The position numbers and the translations under genes were made by a program. A stretch of DNA of 64,000 nt from Lingula anatina (Eukaryota; Animalia; Brachiopoda), in the NCBI GenBank assembly GCA_051362555.1, contig CM120640.1:41456788-41520787 (forward strand). Reading direction: 5' to 3'. The number at the start of each line of letters is the position of its first letter. Position 1 is the first letter of the stretch. Of this stretch, positions 37,936 through 52,016 are shown one piece after another. The notes beneath the pieces are model-generated. The model did not search any database and was not told the origin of the DNA. It was given only the letters and a program-made list of their open reading frames with translations.

Positions 37936-40900
37936 CTGGAAACAAATTAGAAATACTATTGTTAATGCATGTTGGATCTTATTTTATCAGCGCGCAAGTG
38001 CTACTCATGTTTCTATCCACTTCACAGCAAGAGTAGCATCAAGCAATTTTACTGTTGATGCTTCCTCTCCTCTTCTTCACCAGAAACCAAGCCAAACATC
38101 AAAGACAAATTGGCACAGCCAAAGGAATGAGTACGCACGTGGTTGGATATGGACTCATAGAATACAAAAAAACGAAAAAATCCCTATCCACTTTAATATT
38201 TACCATATGAAGAAACCCTTGTGCGTAAGTCAGGTTGCACAGAAAACAACCATAAGCATTAGTTAGATTGCCATAAATCGCATCTTTGCTCTCAGCGCTC
38301 TGAGCTCCCATAAAAAAAGATCATAATTAATCAAGATAGATGGATCTTCGTAACATTTTATATCCTAAAACAGTACATGTTGTGGTCACAGTTGTCAACA
38401 CATTGGAGGTAATTTTCTTTGGCGGAGGTCTAAAACACTTTTGTTTCATTTTCACTACTTTAAATTTGGACGCGCGAAATAATGAAAGAAGGTTTTTGCT
38501 GTTCGCGGGGACGCTTTTCTTCTCAGAGATTTATAATGTAAATTTTTTACACGATAAAACGCATTTTCGGCCTTTTTAAATGTTACATTACTCATGAAAA
38601 AATTAGATAAATAAGTTTCATTATTTATTAAGAGGAACAAAAGAAAAAATACTGACAGAGCAAGCAATCAATACAGAATAACATTATTTGATAAAATTCA
38701 AGTCACTGCTATTGAAAAATAAGACACTAAGGTACATCTACTGCAATTAGTTCAAATAATTAATAAACCCTTGGGATTTAATTGCTAGGCTATATATAAC
38801 TTATATAAAAAACCCCCTCTTAATTGGATGAAGATAGGGAAGACCCCACAAATGAAAATATGTGCACTATTTATTTGGATATTTATTATTTATGCTATAA
38901 CATTACCCAATTTTAATCAATTAAACATTATCTAATGCTATAACTAGAAGGACCTTTCAATAAAAGCGACCGCTACCGGCCAAATTTCGAACACTATATT
39001 TGTGTTTGTCCTTTACTTATACTTTCTCTTAGGTTAATGAGGAGACGTAAAACTGAACTTCGATAAAGCAACGACACTTTTAACAGCGCATACGATGGCC
39101 ACCCAAATGCCGAGAAAATACGTTTATAATCAATGCATTGACAGGGCTGGAAATGAGAAACTTATTATTTTTCAAGAGAAAATATTGCAAAAGCGATAAA
39201 ATCCCTTTCAGTTTACTGCCCACGTGTCGTTTCCTTTACCTTTAAATGTGTGGGCGCAATAGTCCATCAATTCCTTCAGACACCAGAAACAGAAAAAAAA
39301 ACAATTTTATTATGGCATGTGCCTCATACTCATTTAATGACACTATCATGTCATGCTTTTAATATGGGAATATTCTTATATCCTAATATATTCTTATATC
39401 CTAATGCAAAGTACATACCCACGATTTCCTAATAGAAACGATGATGTTTCAAATAAATCATAAGTATGTAAATCAGTTAGCGAGCACTCATGCAGTAGTA
39501 GAAACCGTATTCAAACAGAGTCAACGATTTCTAATTTATCGTCATTATTCAACCATCATCCCTATTCACTGTCACTATTCATTACAAGCAATTTGTCAGA
39601 TTTATTCAATGAAAAGATACTCAAATATTTTTTTATGAGAGGGGGTATGAATGAACAAACATCAAATTATTCTAGAGTTATTCTCGATTGAAACTATGAA
39701 ATTTATCAGAATTTTGATATAAATGCCGAAACTACATATATAAATCCTCAGAGAGCTGCAGGGAAAGTGAAGCTAAAACCTGAACAAAACAGCCACATGC
39801 AGATGTGAACAAATAGGCAAAATGTGAAAGATGCGTGATGTCACGGATGATGCTGTTGGTTTAATAATTTCATATTGATTTTGATATCTTGTTGTGGTGT
39901 GCTCTATAGGTGAATTATTTCTCTTGCAACAACATTCTTTTTTGCCCACAAAAAATTCTCTTGAAAAAGCAGGAGTTACGAATGTCAATTAACAGACATT
40001 TTTGCAGGTCCCATTAGCTGGCCCAAAATTAAACTTAATCTCTCTCCCCTACTCAAGTAAATTATGATATTGATTATTACACTGTCGGATTTATAGTTTT
40101 ATTATTTCGACATTTTAATATAGAATTAGAATCTCGCTGTCGAAAACTAAAAACGCAATTTTTTTCATTGCCACCATATAGTTACATTCGCATTATTTTA
40201 TATTATATGTTGGCGTTGACCATCTTTTGGCAATTGCCGTTCCAACACAGTTATTACCTTAAGCAAGAATGACTTATTGCGCTTTCTGCCAAAATCGCGC
40301 AATGAATGGAGATGTACACATACACATATATAAAACTTGCTTGAAGTAAAAATATCATAATAAAACATTAATATTTGGGTTACGTGAATGACCTTACGCA
40401 AGAAAATTTTACATTTTTAATACTGAAAATCATATTTACATATATGTAAAAAAAAACTTTTCGAAACTTTTATAGCTGCGCTTAGCTGGTATACGTTTCA
40501 TCAAAGACATGGACCAAAAATTAGCGTACAAGAAATGCAGATACACGCCAAAGTTAAAATTTCATCGAAAATGCCACCAAAGGGCACCATACTTAAAACG
40601 ACTGTAGTTTGTTTTCGTCTAGCCTAGTTATACTCAATACATCCAAGAAGAGACTGCTTTAAACGGGCAAATAATTGCCTACAGTGTTTCTCTTTTTATG
40701 GCCCATAAAAATTTTACGAGTTATACTCCCCAACCTTGTTGTTTTAATGACAATGGACTAAAGCACTTTATAGACACCATTTATTATTTTGGCGAAACTA
40801 ATACTTAAAAAAGGTACAAATTACGACCATCCCTCGAAGCAGTAAATTATGACGAAACATTTGTTCCTGTCGGCTTAAAGTAACAAAAAATCACACATCC

Positions 40901-42092
40901 AGACTGAGGTTCAGACTGTTAGGCGACTTATATCGCTCCTCTTCCAGTGCGCATGCATACCTTGATCAATGCACCTGAGGGATGTGACTATATGATAGAG
41001 GTAAACACATTATTCATTAGACTGAAAAGCTTCGGGTGGAAACAGTGGCTGCATAATTGGCAGGTACCAGAGTGGTTTTATTACATTCTTGGAATAGAAA
41101 GAGCCGGTAGTGAAAACAGAGTATGATGTATGGCATAAAAACACTCATATCTGTCGCATCACGCTCTCTCTACCTTCAGACAGTTACATAAATAAACCAC
41201 CTCTCCGCCCCATGCCACATTTGATGCTTTCAGATATCAACACAACGCCGGTTGTCTTCAAAAAGGGCGGGCCCAGACAGTCAAAAAGTTCGAACTATTG
41301 TGCCGCACCCTTCAAAAATAAATAAATAAATAATATGAATATAAGGATGAGTGCTGAGTAAACGATGTAGATAAATGATGCCCACCTATATGTAGCATGA
41401 CATATAACTATATAAAGATTACTTAGAAATGAGTCACACCGCACAATAAAACAGATGTTTCACGATTATGTTCACCGAGAACGGCAAAGTCAGCACTCGC
41501 CCCGTTCCCCGAATCGTTTCTCGTCCGTTATGATCGTAATTATAGCTGTTAAATCATTTATTTAATTATATTTAAATATTTTCTACCAATAAAATAATAT
41601 TTAAACTTATTTAAATAATATGTTTCATCAATCCATGATCACCCGTTCGCCATTTATGACACGAGTTAAGTCCTTTACACATTTCATCCTATGAAATCTA
41701 CCCCACCAGGCTACATATAGCTACATGGGTCAGTTTGACTTTTCGTTGATGTATTTTATTTTTCAATTTCCATTAATTGAGACTGTTTCCGTGGATAACA
41801 TGGACAACACGTGGAATATCCTACTTGTCAGATTTGAGCAGCATACCAGGAAATGTTGAGCATATTATAAAGATGTCCAAAAAGGACACCAAGCAACCAA
41901 CCAATGGGAAGATTACGGTGACTTGGGTTTCCTAAGTTCTGTATCCAACCATTGTATTTATGTTCAATTCAGCAGTCTCAGAAATGTTTTAAAATTATTT
42001 TAAAGCAACGGTAGTCTATAAGCATCTCAAAATTCGTCGTCATGTCACTCAAACCTCTCGCCTCTATCCCCCTCATGAACAATTACAAAATA

Positions 42093-42143
<51 letters not shown>

Positions 42144-42144
42144 A
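42093..42144. repeat. (AAAT)n microsatellite
   Basis: Direct reading. Confidence 0.95.
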
Positions 42145-42252
42145 TGAAAATCTACCTGAACAAGTACCAAAAAATGATCAGACAAAAAAAACCTTTAGAA
42201 CAATAAATGTAGTACAAATACCCAACCAAACCACAACAACATATCTACCTAC

Positions 42253-42826
42253 TTCCTACTATTGTTGACAGAGTCGTGATCGACTGTTGACAGTAACTCC
42301 CCGTGTAAGGCCAGTTACACTGACAAACCGGGACACCTTTGTGGATAGTGCAGGTACCATTGGATCCACAGTTAAGAGGACAAAATTTGTCACAGTTCTC
42401 TCCTGTGTAGTTATCATAACAGATACACTTAAAGGCGCGCCCAGAGGTCATTGTGACGGTGACACAAGTTCCATTTTTGCAGGGGTAGTTTTGCGGACAT
42501 GTGCCAGAGCCCGATTCCTCGGTGGTATTAACGACGACAGATGTCAAAATGTCGTCTTGATGCTGGGTAAAATTTCCATCGTTTTTGGGAAAAGATTTTA
42601 GGATTTCACACGAGTCGCCAGTAAATCCTTCCCTGCACGAGCAGGAGCGCTGACAGCTCTCTGGATCAAATGTGCAGTTACCTCCATTTTTGCAGTATCC
42701 CTTTGCCCTGAAACCGCAATCGTTCATGCACCTCCACATGAAGGTTTCATCCGAAGAGGCAGAAGAAAACACGAGGACTACAGTTACAGCCATTAGTATC
42801 CGAGCTCTTATTTTGGAACGAACCAT
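42253..42826 (-). CDS. Variable exon V1: signal peptide + 8-Cys EGF variant + linker + tandem EGF pair
   Basis: MVRSKIRARILMAVTVVLVFSSASS signal; 574 nt = 191 codons + 1; donor A|GTAGGT (GT at 42252-42251), phase 1. Confidence 0.85.
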
Positions 42827-44246
42827 AGTTCAAGAAGTTAATAACGCCAAAAACACCATGCACAGCTTCCATGCACAAAATAGCTGACACACCAAATATG
42901 AAAATGGAAAACATTAACAAAAGTCCTGCCGTGAGTCCACGCCCGTTCCGATAACTCTTTGTTTCCAGGTGATACTTTCGTCGCCAATTTTTTTTAGTAA
43001 TATACCCAAAGTATAGGTGGCTTGACCAGCTGCCGCAACTTGGCTGGGTGCCGCTATCAGACTTAACACTTGTGACAGCGAAGAACGTGGCGCAGCCGGT
43101 CAAAATGAATTTCTCCGAAAAAAGGGGGTAGAACCGACTGTCCAAGTGCATTGGTACCAGAAAGTCCGTTTAGATCTACTGTAACTTAACCGAACATACC
43201 ACTGCAATCAGGTGACATGACAAGTTCAGGCCGCGTAAACCGTCCACACTGTGCGAACAACTACCCCAGACTCACTGTTGACGCTCCATTCCATTTGACA
43301 TCATGTAACTAACATTGGATTTCTCTATCAAGCTATCGATTATGTTGCACTCGTAAAGTATCATTATTCTCCCCCATAAACCTCTTAATCAACCTTAATC
43401 CCGATAAGTATCTCCGCGATCGCTGACGTGGGAGTCCGGGGAGGGAGTGAACCACGTTATTCGCCGAAGACGCATACCTGTCAATCATTTCTCAGCTCGT
43501 GACATGTAGATAACGACGTCTTTTTAGCTCTTTGCACTTATTAACTGCTTGCTGCCCATGACTTTTCTGGGCCAGGTAAAAAAATTATCTCTAGGTAAGG
43601 TCATTATTTTCAGGTTATGTTATATGCATTTTCTTCATTCTGCTAGTGTATCAGAGTGAAACCCCAATCATTTTAATGATTTATAAACGATTATTCTTTA
43701 ATGCCCTTATTGCCGTTATATTATACAATCCGCATTGAACAGAAAAAAATCGTTAAAAACCGTTAGATAAGCTTGAGGGATGAAAATAAAAATGAAAAGA
43801 GACCAAATTTATCTTCGATAGTTTGCGCTTTTAAGTTGTGTGCGTTTAAAATTAAAAGAATTGTGTTTAAAGTCGCCACATTGATCTCAGAAGTCACAGA
43901 TTTGCGCTGAATTAGGTCAACTTGCATGGAGGACCTGATCTTACTATATCTATTCGTTACCAAAAACAAGTTTTTTTTAATTCTATTTAATTCACATGAG
44001 AAATTAGGCCTACACATCAAAGATATGGGAGGAAGTAAGTACGCCGAACTAGTGTCAAGGTCACGTAACCGGAAAAGATCGAACCTTATGTAAAAGGTCA
44101 TTTGGAAAAAAGTCCTACCTGAATAACAATATGGAATCTTTTTTAAAATTAAATAGGAATGAACCCGTTCCAGATGTTAATCTTGATGTTGGGGATTTAA
44201 AACACCATTTAAATCCCCAAAAGCAATCAATACCAAGGCTACCTAC

Positions 44247-44655
44247 ATCGTGTGGTCATCATCTCCTCACAAAAACTCCCTGTATAGGGCCAGTTACACT
44301 GACAAACCGGGACATCCTTGTAGATAGTGCAGCTACCGTTGGCACCACAGTTACGCGGGCAGAATTTGTCACAGTTCTCTCCTGTATAGTTATCGTAACA
44401 GTTACACTTAAATGCCCGTCCCGTTGGCATCATGACGGTAACACAGGTTCCATTTTTACAAGGGTAATTTTCCGGGCAGGTGCCCGGTTCCCAGTCCGAG
44501 AAGTTGTTTACAACAGGAGTAAAGATGCTGTGTTGATCAATTGTTAAATTGTCACTGTTTTCCAAAATAGTCGGGCGTCCATCCGGGAAAGTGACCAAAA
44601 CCGACATGTTCACAACAACGGTCAAAAGTAACGTAAATATTCTCTTATGGCGCAT
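44247..44655 (-). CDS. Variable exon V2: signal peptide + tandem EGF pair (close paralogue of V1 3' half)
   Basis: MRHKRIFTLLLTVVVNMSVLVTFP signal; 409 nt = 136 codons + 1; donor T|GTAGGT (GT at 44246-44245), phase 1. Confidence 0.82.
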
Positions 44656-47486
44656 TATTTTTGTCTGTTGTCGGGTGCAGATTAGGGATTCCTTTCCATC
44701 AGAATGAAACCTGAATGTCAAAGATATCAAGCAAACACTGCCATGAGTTGATTTCCAATTTTTTTAGAAAAACACTGAGATTCTGCCACACGTTGATTAC
44801 ATATAAGCAGACGCTCTCCGCCTTGCTTTAGGACAGATGTCTCATATGACGTGTTGACAACGACAAATCCTGCGATGTTTGAACTAACCAACTTCCATTG
44901 TATGCCTCACTTTCACAATGTGACAAGCGGGTATATGTCACCAAATATATTGAATTAAAATGTGTCCTTTACTGCAGTATTCTACCCTAAGACGCCTTCG
45001 ATAGCGCAAAAAGACATCAAAAACTTCAACTCCAAGGTACCATAGGCGTAAATCCTTTGCGAAAACAACATACGTCATCTTGTTAATTTGATTGTCACCA
45101 TAATGACATAAATATTCTAAGTTGAAGTAATTCTATTCCGAGGATTAATTCCCAACATTTTTTTCACAGTATACTTCAATGGCGACTTCATCTAAAGACC
45201 AAAATGTTCTCATGATGTTTGAACCAAAACTTCCATACAACTCACCATCATGCATATTGGTATTGCACCGTCTGTGGATATTATTTTATATGACTAATTA
45301 TAAAGTCAATTGCTGTGTGCTGTTCAGTTTGCCCAAAGCGGTAGATGATCGCTAACTTGCATGACAATAAGGTCAAAAAATAATTACAGTCACTGTAACA
45401 GCTGAAAGGCACTGGGACCGAAAAGGTAACAGATAAAGTAAAGGTGGCGGTAGTGGGAGTTACTGTGTGCTTGCCCCTAAGATATATCGTATTCCCGTAC
45501 AAAACTAAGAGTAACCATTCTTTCTAATCATGACTTGTTGCCCGTCATTGCAGTAGGAATAATAACAAGTTCTATTTTGATTCCCCAGTAAAGAACGAAT
45601 AACGTTCTAGGCAAAACTTGACTCAAATCTTCTCGCCTATTCCCCAAGACATGCACTTAGACACGCATGCAAACAAGCACGCACAAAAGATATTTTCCAA
45701 AATTCGCTTTGTACATTGGAAGCCTAGGTACGTGATTTTCTAACTTTTTTTGTAATTTAAGGGGTGTGTCGGTATGTTTCGTGTAAGCTTGGATTACGTA
45801 TAATCTGTTGTTAGTCTTCTTCGATGGGAATGATCTCATCTCAAAAAGTACATGTCATCAAGGAGCATGTATAGAAATATAACGCCTACACTATTTAGTT
45901 ACTTAACCTCAAAACACTAAAGGTATAATCATTTACCCAAAATATGTACTAGTATACACGAATGTTATGGTCAACTCAATCACAGTATTATATCATTCAA
46001 CTGAAGTAAGAACTCTCGGGTTACTTCCTTCAGTGACTATAGAATCTCGCCTGTGATTGGCTGCATGACGTCTTTCAATAAACACAACAGAAAAAATATC
46101 TCCCCTATTGAAAATAATTTCTTAGAAGTACATAAAGGAAAAAAATGTTAAGTTGGACAATTGGCAAAACAAAACAGACCCCTTCCATTTTCAATCTAAA
46201 ATGCAATTCATAGGGCCCCAAAAAAGTTAATGTGAACGAAAACCTGACAGTTCTCATCTGGTAAAAACTATTTATTCACATGTTATATTAATCTGCAGTT
46301 CGGCATACATTTATCAATGCTTTAGCAGCACTTGTGCCACTCATTGTTATAGGAGGTATACTTCAGTAAAAATCACTACCAACACATTCCATTTGGAAGT
46401 GCGTCACCCTTGGTATTGGATTGGCTAATCTATACATGTAATTACGAAGGACATCATTTTGGTTCTGTATTAGATGAACAATCCACCTTTTCTCTTACAG
46501 TATTCCATATGTCGCTTTCGAAAGATTTTTTATGACAGTCACACTCTTTGGTACTTTCATGTTGACAAACTCATTCGAGGACATGACATCGACATAAAAC
46601 CAAATGTCATGTAAATGAATAAGGAAATACTCAAATGTAACATCTGAGGTGCTTAAAGTAAGATCGCGTTTCTAGGTGGATACGCACATTTACTCGCTTT
46701 TCAGATTCCATTTACTCTTCACTAAAAACGTCACTATTTTGAATAGCGAAGTCGCTCTCCACCGTTTTAAGATGGTCTTTTACATTGACCCGTGACTTAG
46801 ATAACATAATACTGAAAACCATACTTCGTACACACCAATGATTTGAATATAGAAGACTAAGTCTTTGAGGTTAACGGCATTTTATAAAAATTAAATATCA
46901 ATGGTAATTGTACATCGTCTAATGTAAAAAAATATATTTGTCAATTAAACAACATGTGAAAGCTGTTGGGTAACTGTTAACCATATAATGATAAATATAT
47001 AAATAAATACTTTTTCGACCATTGAGATTATTTATTACGGCTGTCGAAGGTGCTGATGTGTTTATCCATTCGGTCGCTTCACTTGCTTGTCCTTACTCTT
47101 CAATAAACCCTCGTTAATTAGCTATCACTCTCCTCAACATCTTGACAACCTCTGTTCACGACCAGTTAGGCTACACGATCGAGCAACTCGTCCTAATGGG
47201 AGCTGGCAGAATATTTGCGATCACATTTACTTTTTGGTGTAATTCGTGTTCTATGCCTACCCCGATACAATACACTTGTCAGAAGATATTCATGATAAAT
47301 ATTGTAAAACGCCAGTCTGGCCCAAGTCAAATAGCCTACCCACTGGCCAGGAAAGCGCTTAAAAAACATAAAAGGGTCAGTGAGGTATTGGTCATCTTGA
47401 TGTGTCTTGCTGGAAAGTTCGAGGTAGAAAAATAACTTTTCTAAGTAGAAAAAAAAACGTTTTCCTTCCAAGTTGCCCAATTTGTC

Positions 47487-48071
47487 TCAGTTTGTCTTCC
47501 TTGTTTCATTACAAAACGGTGGTATAAATCCATCGTCGCAATCGCATACAGGGTTTCCCGGTGTCTTGGCAAAACATTGGCCATGCCCATGGCAGTCTAA
47601 ATCTCCACAGTCGGTATTGCAGTCCGACCCAGCCCAGTTTTCGTGACACTGGCACTGGTAAAAAGGACCAGTAAGACGGGGCGAAATCAAAGTCAAATTA
47701 CCCAGCTCTATCTCGACACAGTCTCCGTGGACGCATGAACCACACATCGAAGGGTTAAGCCCCCTTTTGTTTGCAGTCGTTGTGCTGCCATCTTGGTCTG
47801 TTGGTGACGTTCCAGTGCTCGAATGCAGCATGGCGTCAGGTGTCACTGTTGATGCTAACTCTTCAAGACAGGAGCACTTACATAATTTTTTATCAAAGCG
47901 TAGGTTGCTAATACCACATCGTTTGAGAAGTCTGATGCACCCTTCTATATCACAGTTCTTCTTCTCGACTCGGTCAATGTTAAACCCAAACGCTCTACTG
48001 CTGTATCTGCTGTACTCCCATAACACAAGGGAGACAAATATCCAAATGGCCTGCTTCAATATCATTCTCAA
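47487..48071 (-). CDS. Cassette V3: signal peptide + Cys module + S/T linker + tandem EGF pair; no intact donor after the last Cys (secreted product or donor-dead exon)
   Basis: 194-aa ORF; EGF pair homologous to the V4 C-terminal pair; A|GGAAGA at the position where a phase-1 GT is expected. Confidence 0.75.
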   Translation of the reverse strand: MRMILKQAIWIFVSLVLWEYSRYSSRAFGFNIDRVEKKNCDIEGCIRLLKRCGISNLRFDKKLCKCSCLEELASTVTPDAMLHSSTGTSPTDQDGSTTTANKRGLNPSMCGSCVHGDCVEIELGNLTLISPRLTGPFYQCQCHENWAGSDCNTDCGDLDCHGHGQCFAKTPGNPVCDCDDGFIPPFCNETRKTN

Positions 48072-48653
48072 TCAAAATGTTCGAAACGTGTTTTGGAGTT
48101 CTTATCAGTCCACTTATATATGCTTCATTATGCATATAAAGCATGTGAAAACTTCTGAATATTTTCTCAAACTAAAGAAAGCAGCTGAGACATGTGAAAG
48201 GAACCACAGATTTGGTTGCCATGATGTGCGTCATTAATGCTTTTAATTTGCAAATGAACCCGGAAATTTCGCTTAAATTGACCACACATTGAAAGTTCAA
48301 AAGACTCTTAAAAACGTTGAGGAGGTGCGTGCAAAGAACAACGAATGCCTTTAAAAGACGTTCACAGGGACATAAAATGTCAAATTGACGTAAAGTTACT
48401 GATGCATTGCTATGGAACTAATTTGAGGTTATATACCAATTGAGGAAGTGGCAACTGGCTTAATTGTATTTCGTTTATTAATAATTGTATGATTCGTACA
48501 ACAAGTATGAAAAATCTAAAGGATACCCTAAAACCGCAAAACATTCCCATTCAAATTTATTATTTTTGCACATTTAGAATATAGGTTATTCACATTATAA
48601 AAATCGTGACTATTTAATACCTATAACCGCTACACATATGCTATCTAACTTAC

Positions 48654-49827
48654 TTGCAGTCGCACTTGTAGTCGGCCGAAGTTCTTTGCATTCAGGTGGC
48701 ATATACTGATCGTGGCAGTCGCACACCGCATGTTTGGTACCATTGACCATGCATTTACCATTGCCATTACAGTCTAGTGAGCACTCTGAGTTGCAGTCAT
48801 GTCCACCCCAGTTGTCATAACACTGACACTGATATGACCGGCCGGGCAGCCCAGGGAGAGCAAGGAATTCAGTTCGATTCATCGATATTTCAATGCAATC
48901 GCCATGAACACAAGATCCGCACAGAGATGGGGAACGGGACTTGGCGGCAGTGACAGTACTTTCATATGGAATGTTACAAAGAGGTCCCTTCCATCCTTGA
49001 TCACAAATGCACCTGTCAAACTTCGCAAAACCACCCAAACTAAGAGATTTGCATTCACCATGGATGCAATTCAGGCGGCACTTTCGAGGAGTAGCAGAAG
49101 AAGAAGAAGAAGAAGAAGAGGTGAATGGTGCCACACTGGTTGTCATTGCGTCCCCAGTACCATTACCAGTGGTATTGAGAGGTATAATTTGGTTATTACA
49201 GCTTGATCCAAACCACGTTTCGTGGCACTTGCACTGATAGACGTATCCTGGGAGATTGAAGCCACCCGGGAACGTTCGGGATAAATGCGATGTGCCCAAA
49301 GCAACTCGAATACAGTCTCCGTGGACACAGGTTCCGCACATCCACTGGTAGGTTTTGACGGTGCTGGCGTTTTCTGTTATAGGCAGTGTACTGAGTGAGC
49401 GTAACGACGTACCGTGGGTAGTTATTTCAACGACGGGACTGTCGCAAAGGTACCCTTGCCAGCCGGCATTACACACACAGACTGGGAAATGATAAAGCAG
49501 CCTGCACGATCCATGGAGACAACTCAAATCGCAAGGAGACGTTGTCGATGATGACGTGTTATACGTTGTCCGTTTTTCGGGGCTTGAAGTGGTCGCATTG
49601 TATGGTATGACAGGTACAGACGCGTTTACACACCTGTAGGTACATGTCGTAGTGTTGAATTCACAAACCTGCCCAGGCTTACACAGGTTTAGCGCTACGC
49701 GACACAGATTCATAGGGCATCGTCTACTCTGCCTTTTTGAACGATTTCCTACTGACACCTCCTCAGTAAAACTCGTTTCCAAACGGATCAGGAAAAAGAC
49801 TAAGATCACATTTAGAAAAGACTTCAT
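48654..49827 (-). CDS. Variable exon V4: signal peptide + RSKR furin site + 6-Cys module + 5 EGF domains with S/T-rich spacers
   Basis: MKSFLNVILVFFLIRLETSFT signal; 1174 nt = 391 codons + 1; consensus donor A|GTAAGT (GT at 48653-48652), phase 1. Confidence 0.88.
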
Positions 49828-52016
49828 CCTTCCGCAATCCACTGCCGGATACTTTAAAACCTCGAAAACACATTGAAAAAAGACTAGAAACTGTGTCAAA
49901 GGAGAGCTAATCATCATTTGAGGTCAAGTATGACGAAGCACGTTGAAATAGAAATGAAGGAGACACATTAGGGTCGTTGTCAATATCACGTCATGGGTGA
50001 AATTAAACTTTTTCACTATTAAACCGCAATTTAATAGCGACCTTTTTGGGGGTTTTCAATTCATTTGCCGTTCCTTTGATACTGCATGTATATTTTTCCG
50101 TTACATTTTAGAACTGCGCGTTTTTACTCAATGACCGCGATCTACCTGAGATTTAAGACGCACCTTACTTTGCAATTCAGTTGTTCATGAATATGGTGGT
50201 CAGAACAAGAGATGAAAATAAACTTACCATTAAATCAATTTCATGTGACACGAGAAACAAAACACTTTGGAGACTATGGGAAACAAGCACCAAGTTCATT
50301 TATACTTTTAAATGTGCCCCATGAACAGCGAGCCAATAATTTTCTTTTCTTTTTCCTTCAGCAAATACTATAATGTCAGCCTAAAGCAATTTACCTTTTT
50401 TTTTTTGCAGCCAGCATTATTATACACGTGAAGGTGTTGAACCAAGCAACTCCCTGCCAGTGATATTTCTATTAATAACCTCACTGTCTGTATTGAATTG
50501 ATGAAACTCCTTAACAAAAATACAATATGTCTCCTCATTATTTCTCTACTTTAATCAATATTTTTAAAATCCTCTATTTCTTAAAATTTTCACTGGGTAA
50601 GTGCTTTGAAAAGATCTCAACATTTATCCTTATCCTAGACTCAATCTTTAACGCCCAGACTAACGTCCCGTGCAAAGAATCTATCAAAATCAACACTATG
50701 GGGAACTAATGAGTGAAATGTTTTTCTTTTTATCCAAACACAATCTTTGCTAAGTCATCTAAACATTCCACTTCCCAGTAACTCACCGCTTTGGTGCTTA
50801 CGGCGGTTAATATCTACGTATTACAATACACTGACTAATGCCCATTACTTAATTTGTCACTTATTTTGTATATAAATGTGTATCATAAACGAGAAAAGGG
50901 CGGTAGCAAGCAGATAGCAGTAATTTACATACCGATACTCCGCATGATTTATGAAAAAGACCTAAATTGAAATCTGACAAGGTGAAAACATTTTTGAAAA
51001 CGGCGAAACTACGTATATAGAGAATAAAAGACGGCTATTCGACCTTCGCGAAGAAAAAAAATGATTTCAAGAAATCAGAAGACATGCACGTACAAGTTGA
51101 AACAATTTCTCTGTTTGAAATAATTTGATATGCGGAGGATGATTTCTACCCGCTAATGAAGCAGTAACATTTGATTCTCGGAATCATGACAGTAACTAAA
51201 TGTTAAAGTCTTTTTATAGTTGTTTTTACCATTCTCTTCAACGCGTCACGCAGATTTTGCCGTGTGTTTATTAACTAAAACTTATTAAGGTACATCATGC
51301 ATTAGGCCTTATTTGGTAAAATGCCGGGTAGACATAGTTTGTTGTCATAGCTAACTTAAGGAAATAAACGGTCGAGAAAGCACAGAGTATGCGAGGAGAT
51401 GTACGTTATTGTCCTATATAAGAAGGCAAGGGCCCCATTGTAGAAAGAGACCAGCACGAAAATGTGCGTTAACACTCCTGTTTACGTTTTCTAATAGCCA
51501 CGTGTACAGGTAATAAATATCAGAAAACGTTAGTTTTTAGGAGTGCTTATGCACGATTTTTCGTGCTGGGGGGGGGGGGGTTGGACAAAATTTTATTGTC
51601 ACTTACGTCTCAATTGTTTAGGCATGACATGTTGTAAAACAGTAACTGCTCCCTAAAAGTCCCCCATTCCGGTGTAACGAAACTGAGGGTCCATGTAACA
51701 GAAAGTCCGCCCTCCATTTAGTTATGATGGTTAGGGCACCGGTTAGCCTGACTTAAGTGGGTCAAAATTTAGGGCGAAGCTTACCTGTACAAATGAATGG
51801 GAAGCGGACTCTTCATCATGGGGGACTCACTGTCACGCTACACCGAGATACGTGAGAGTTGGATCGTACGTGGGCGCTTTTACTTTAGGTTACGTCAACT
51901 CGGAACTATATTTTCTGTTTAAATTTGCGAGATTTTTAAAAAACCCAAACTCCTACAAAGGCACTAACAAACAAGGCTACCAATACGCATTCATACATAT
52001 TCATTCATATACCTAC

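Noticed and set aside
38000-42200. Additional variable exon or Ig/LRR exons between V1 and the TM exon
   Set aside because: No Cys-patterned, Ig-like or LRR-like reading frame was found; very small exons cannot be excluded by eye.
49828-49917. Longer ORF starts for V4 (MMISSPL...) and V2 (44730)
   Set aside because: The downstream ATGs at 49827 and 44655 directly precede typical signal peptides, and the 44730 start is not an ATG. The upstream V4 ATG cannot be fully excluded.
51640-51790. Loose inverted repeat CAGTAACTGCTCCCTAAA / TTTAGGGCGAAGCTTACCTG
   Set aside because: Too degenerate to call an element confidently.
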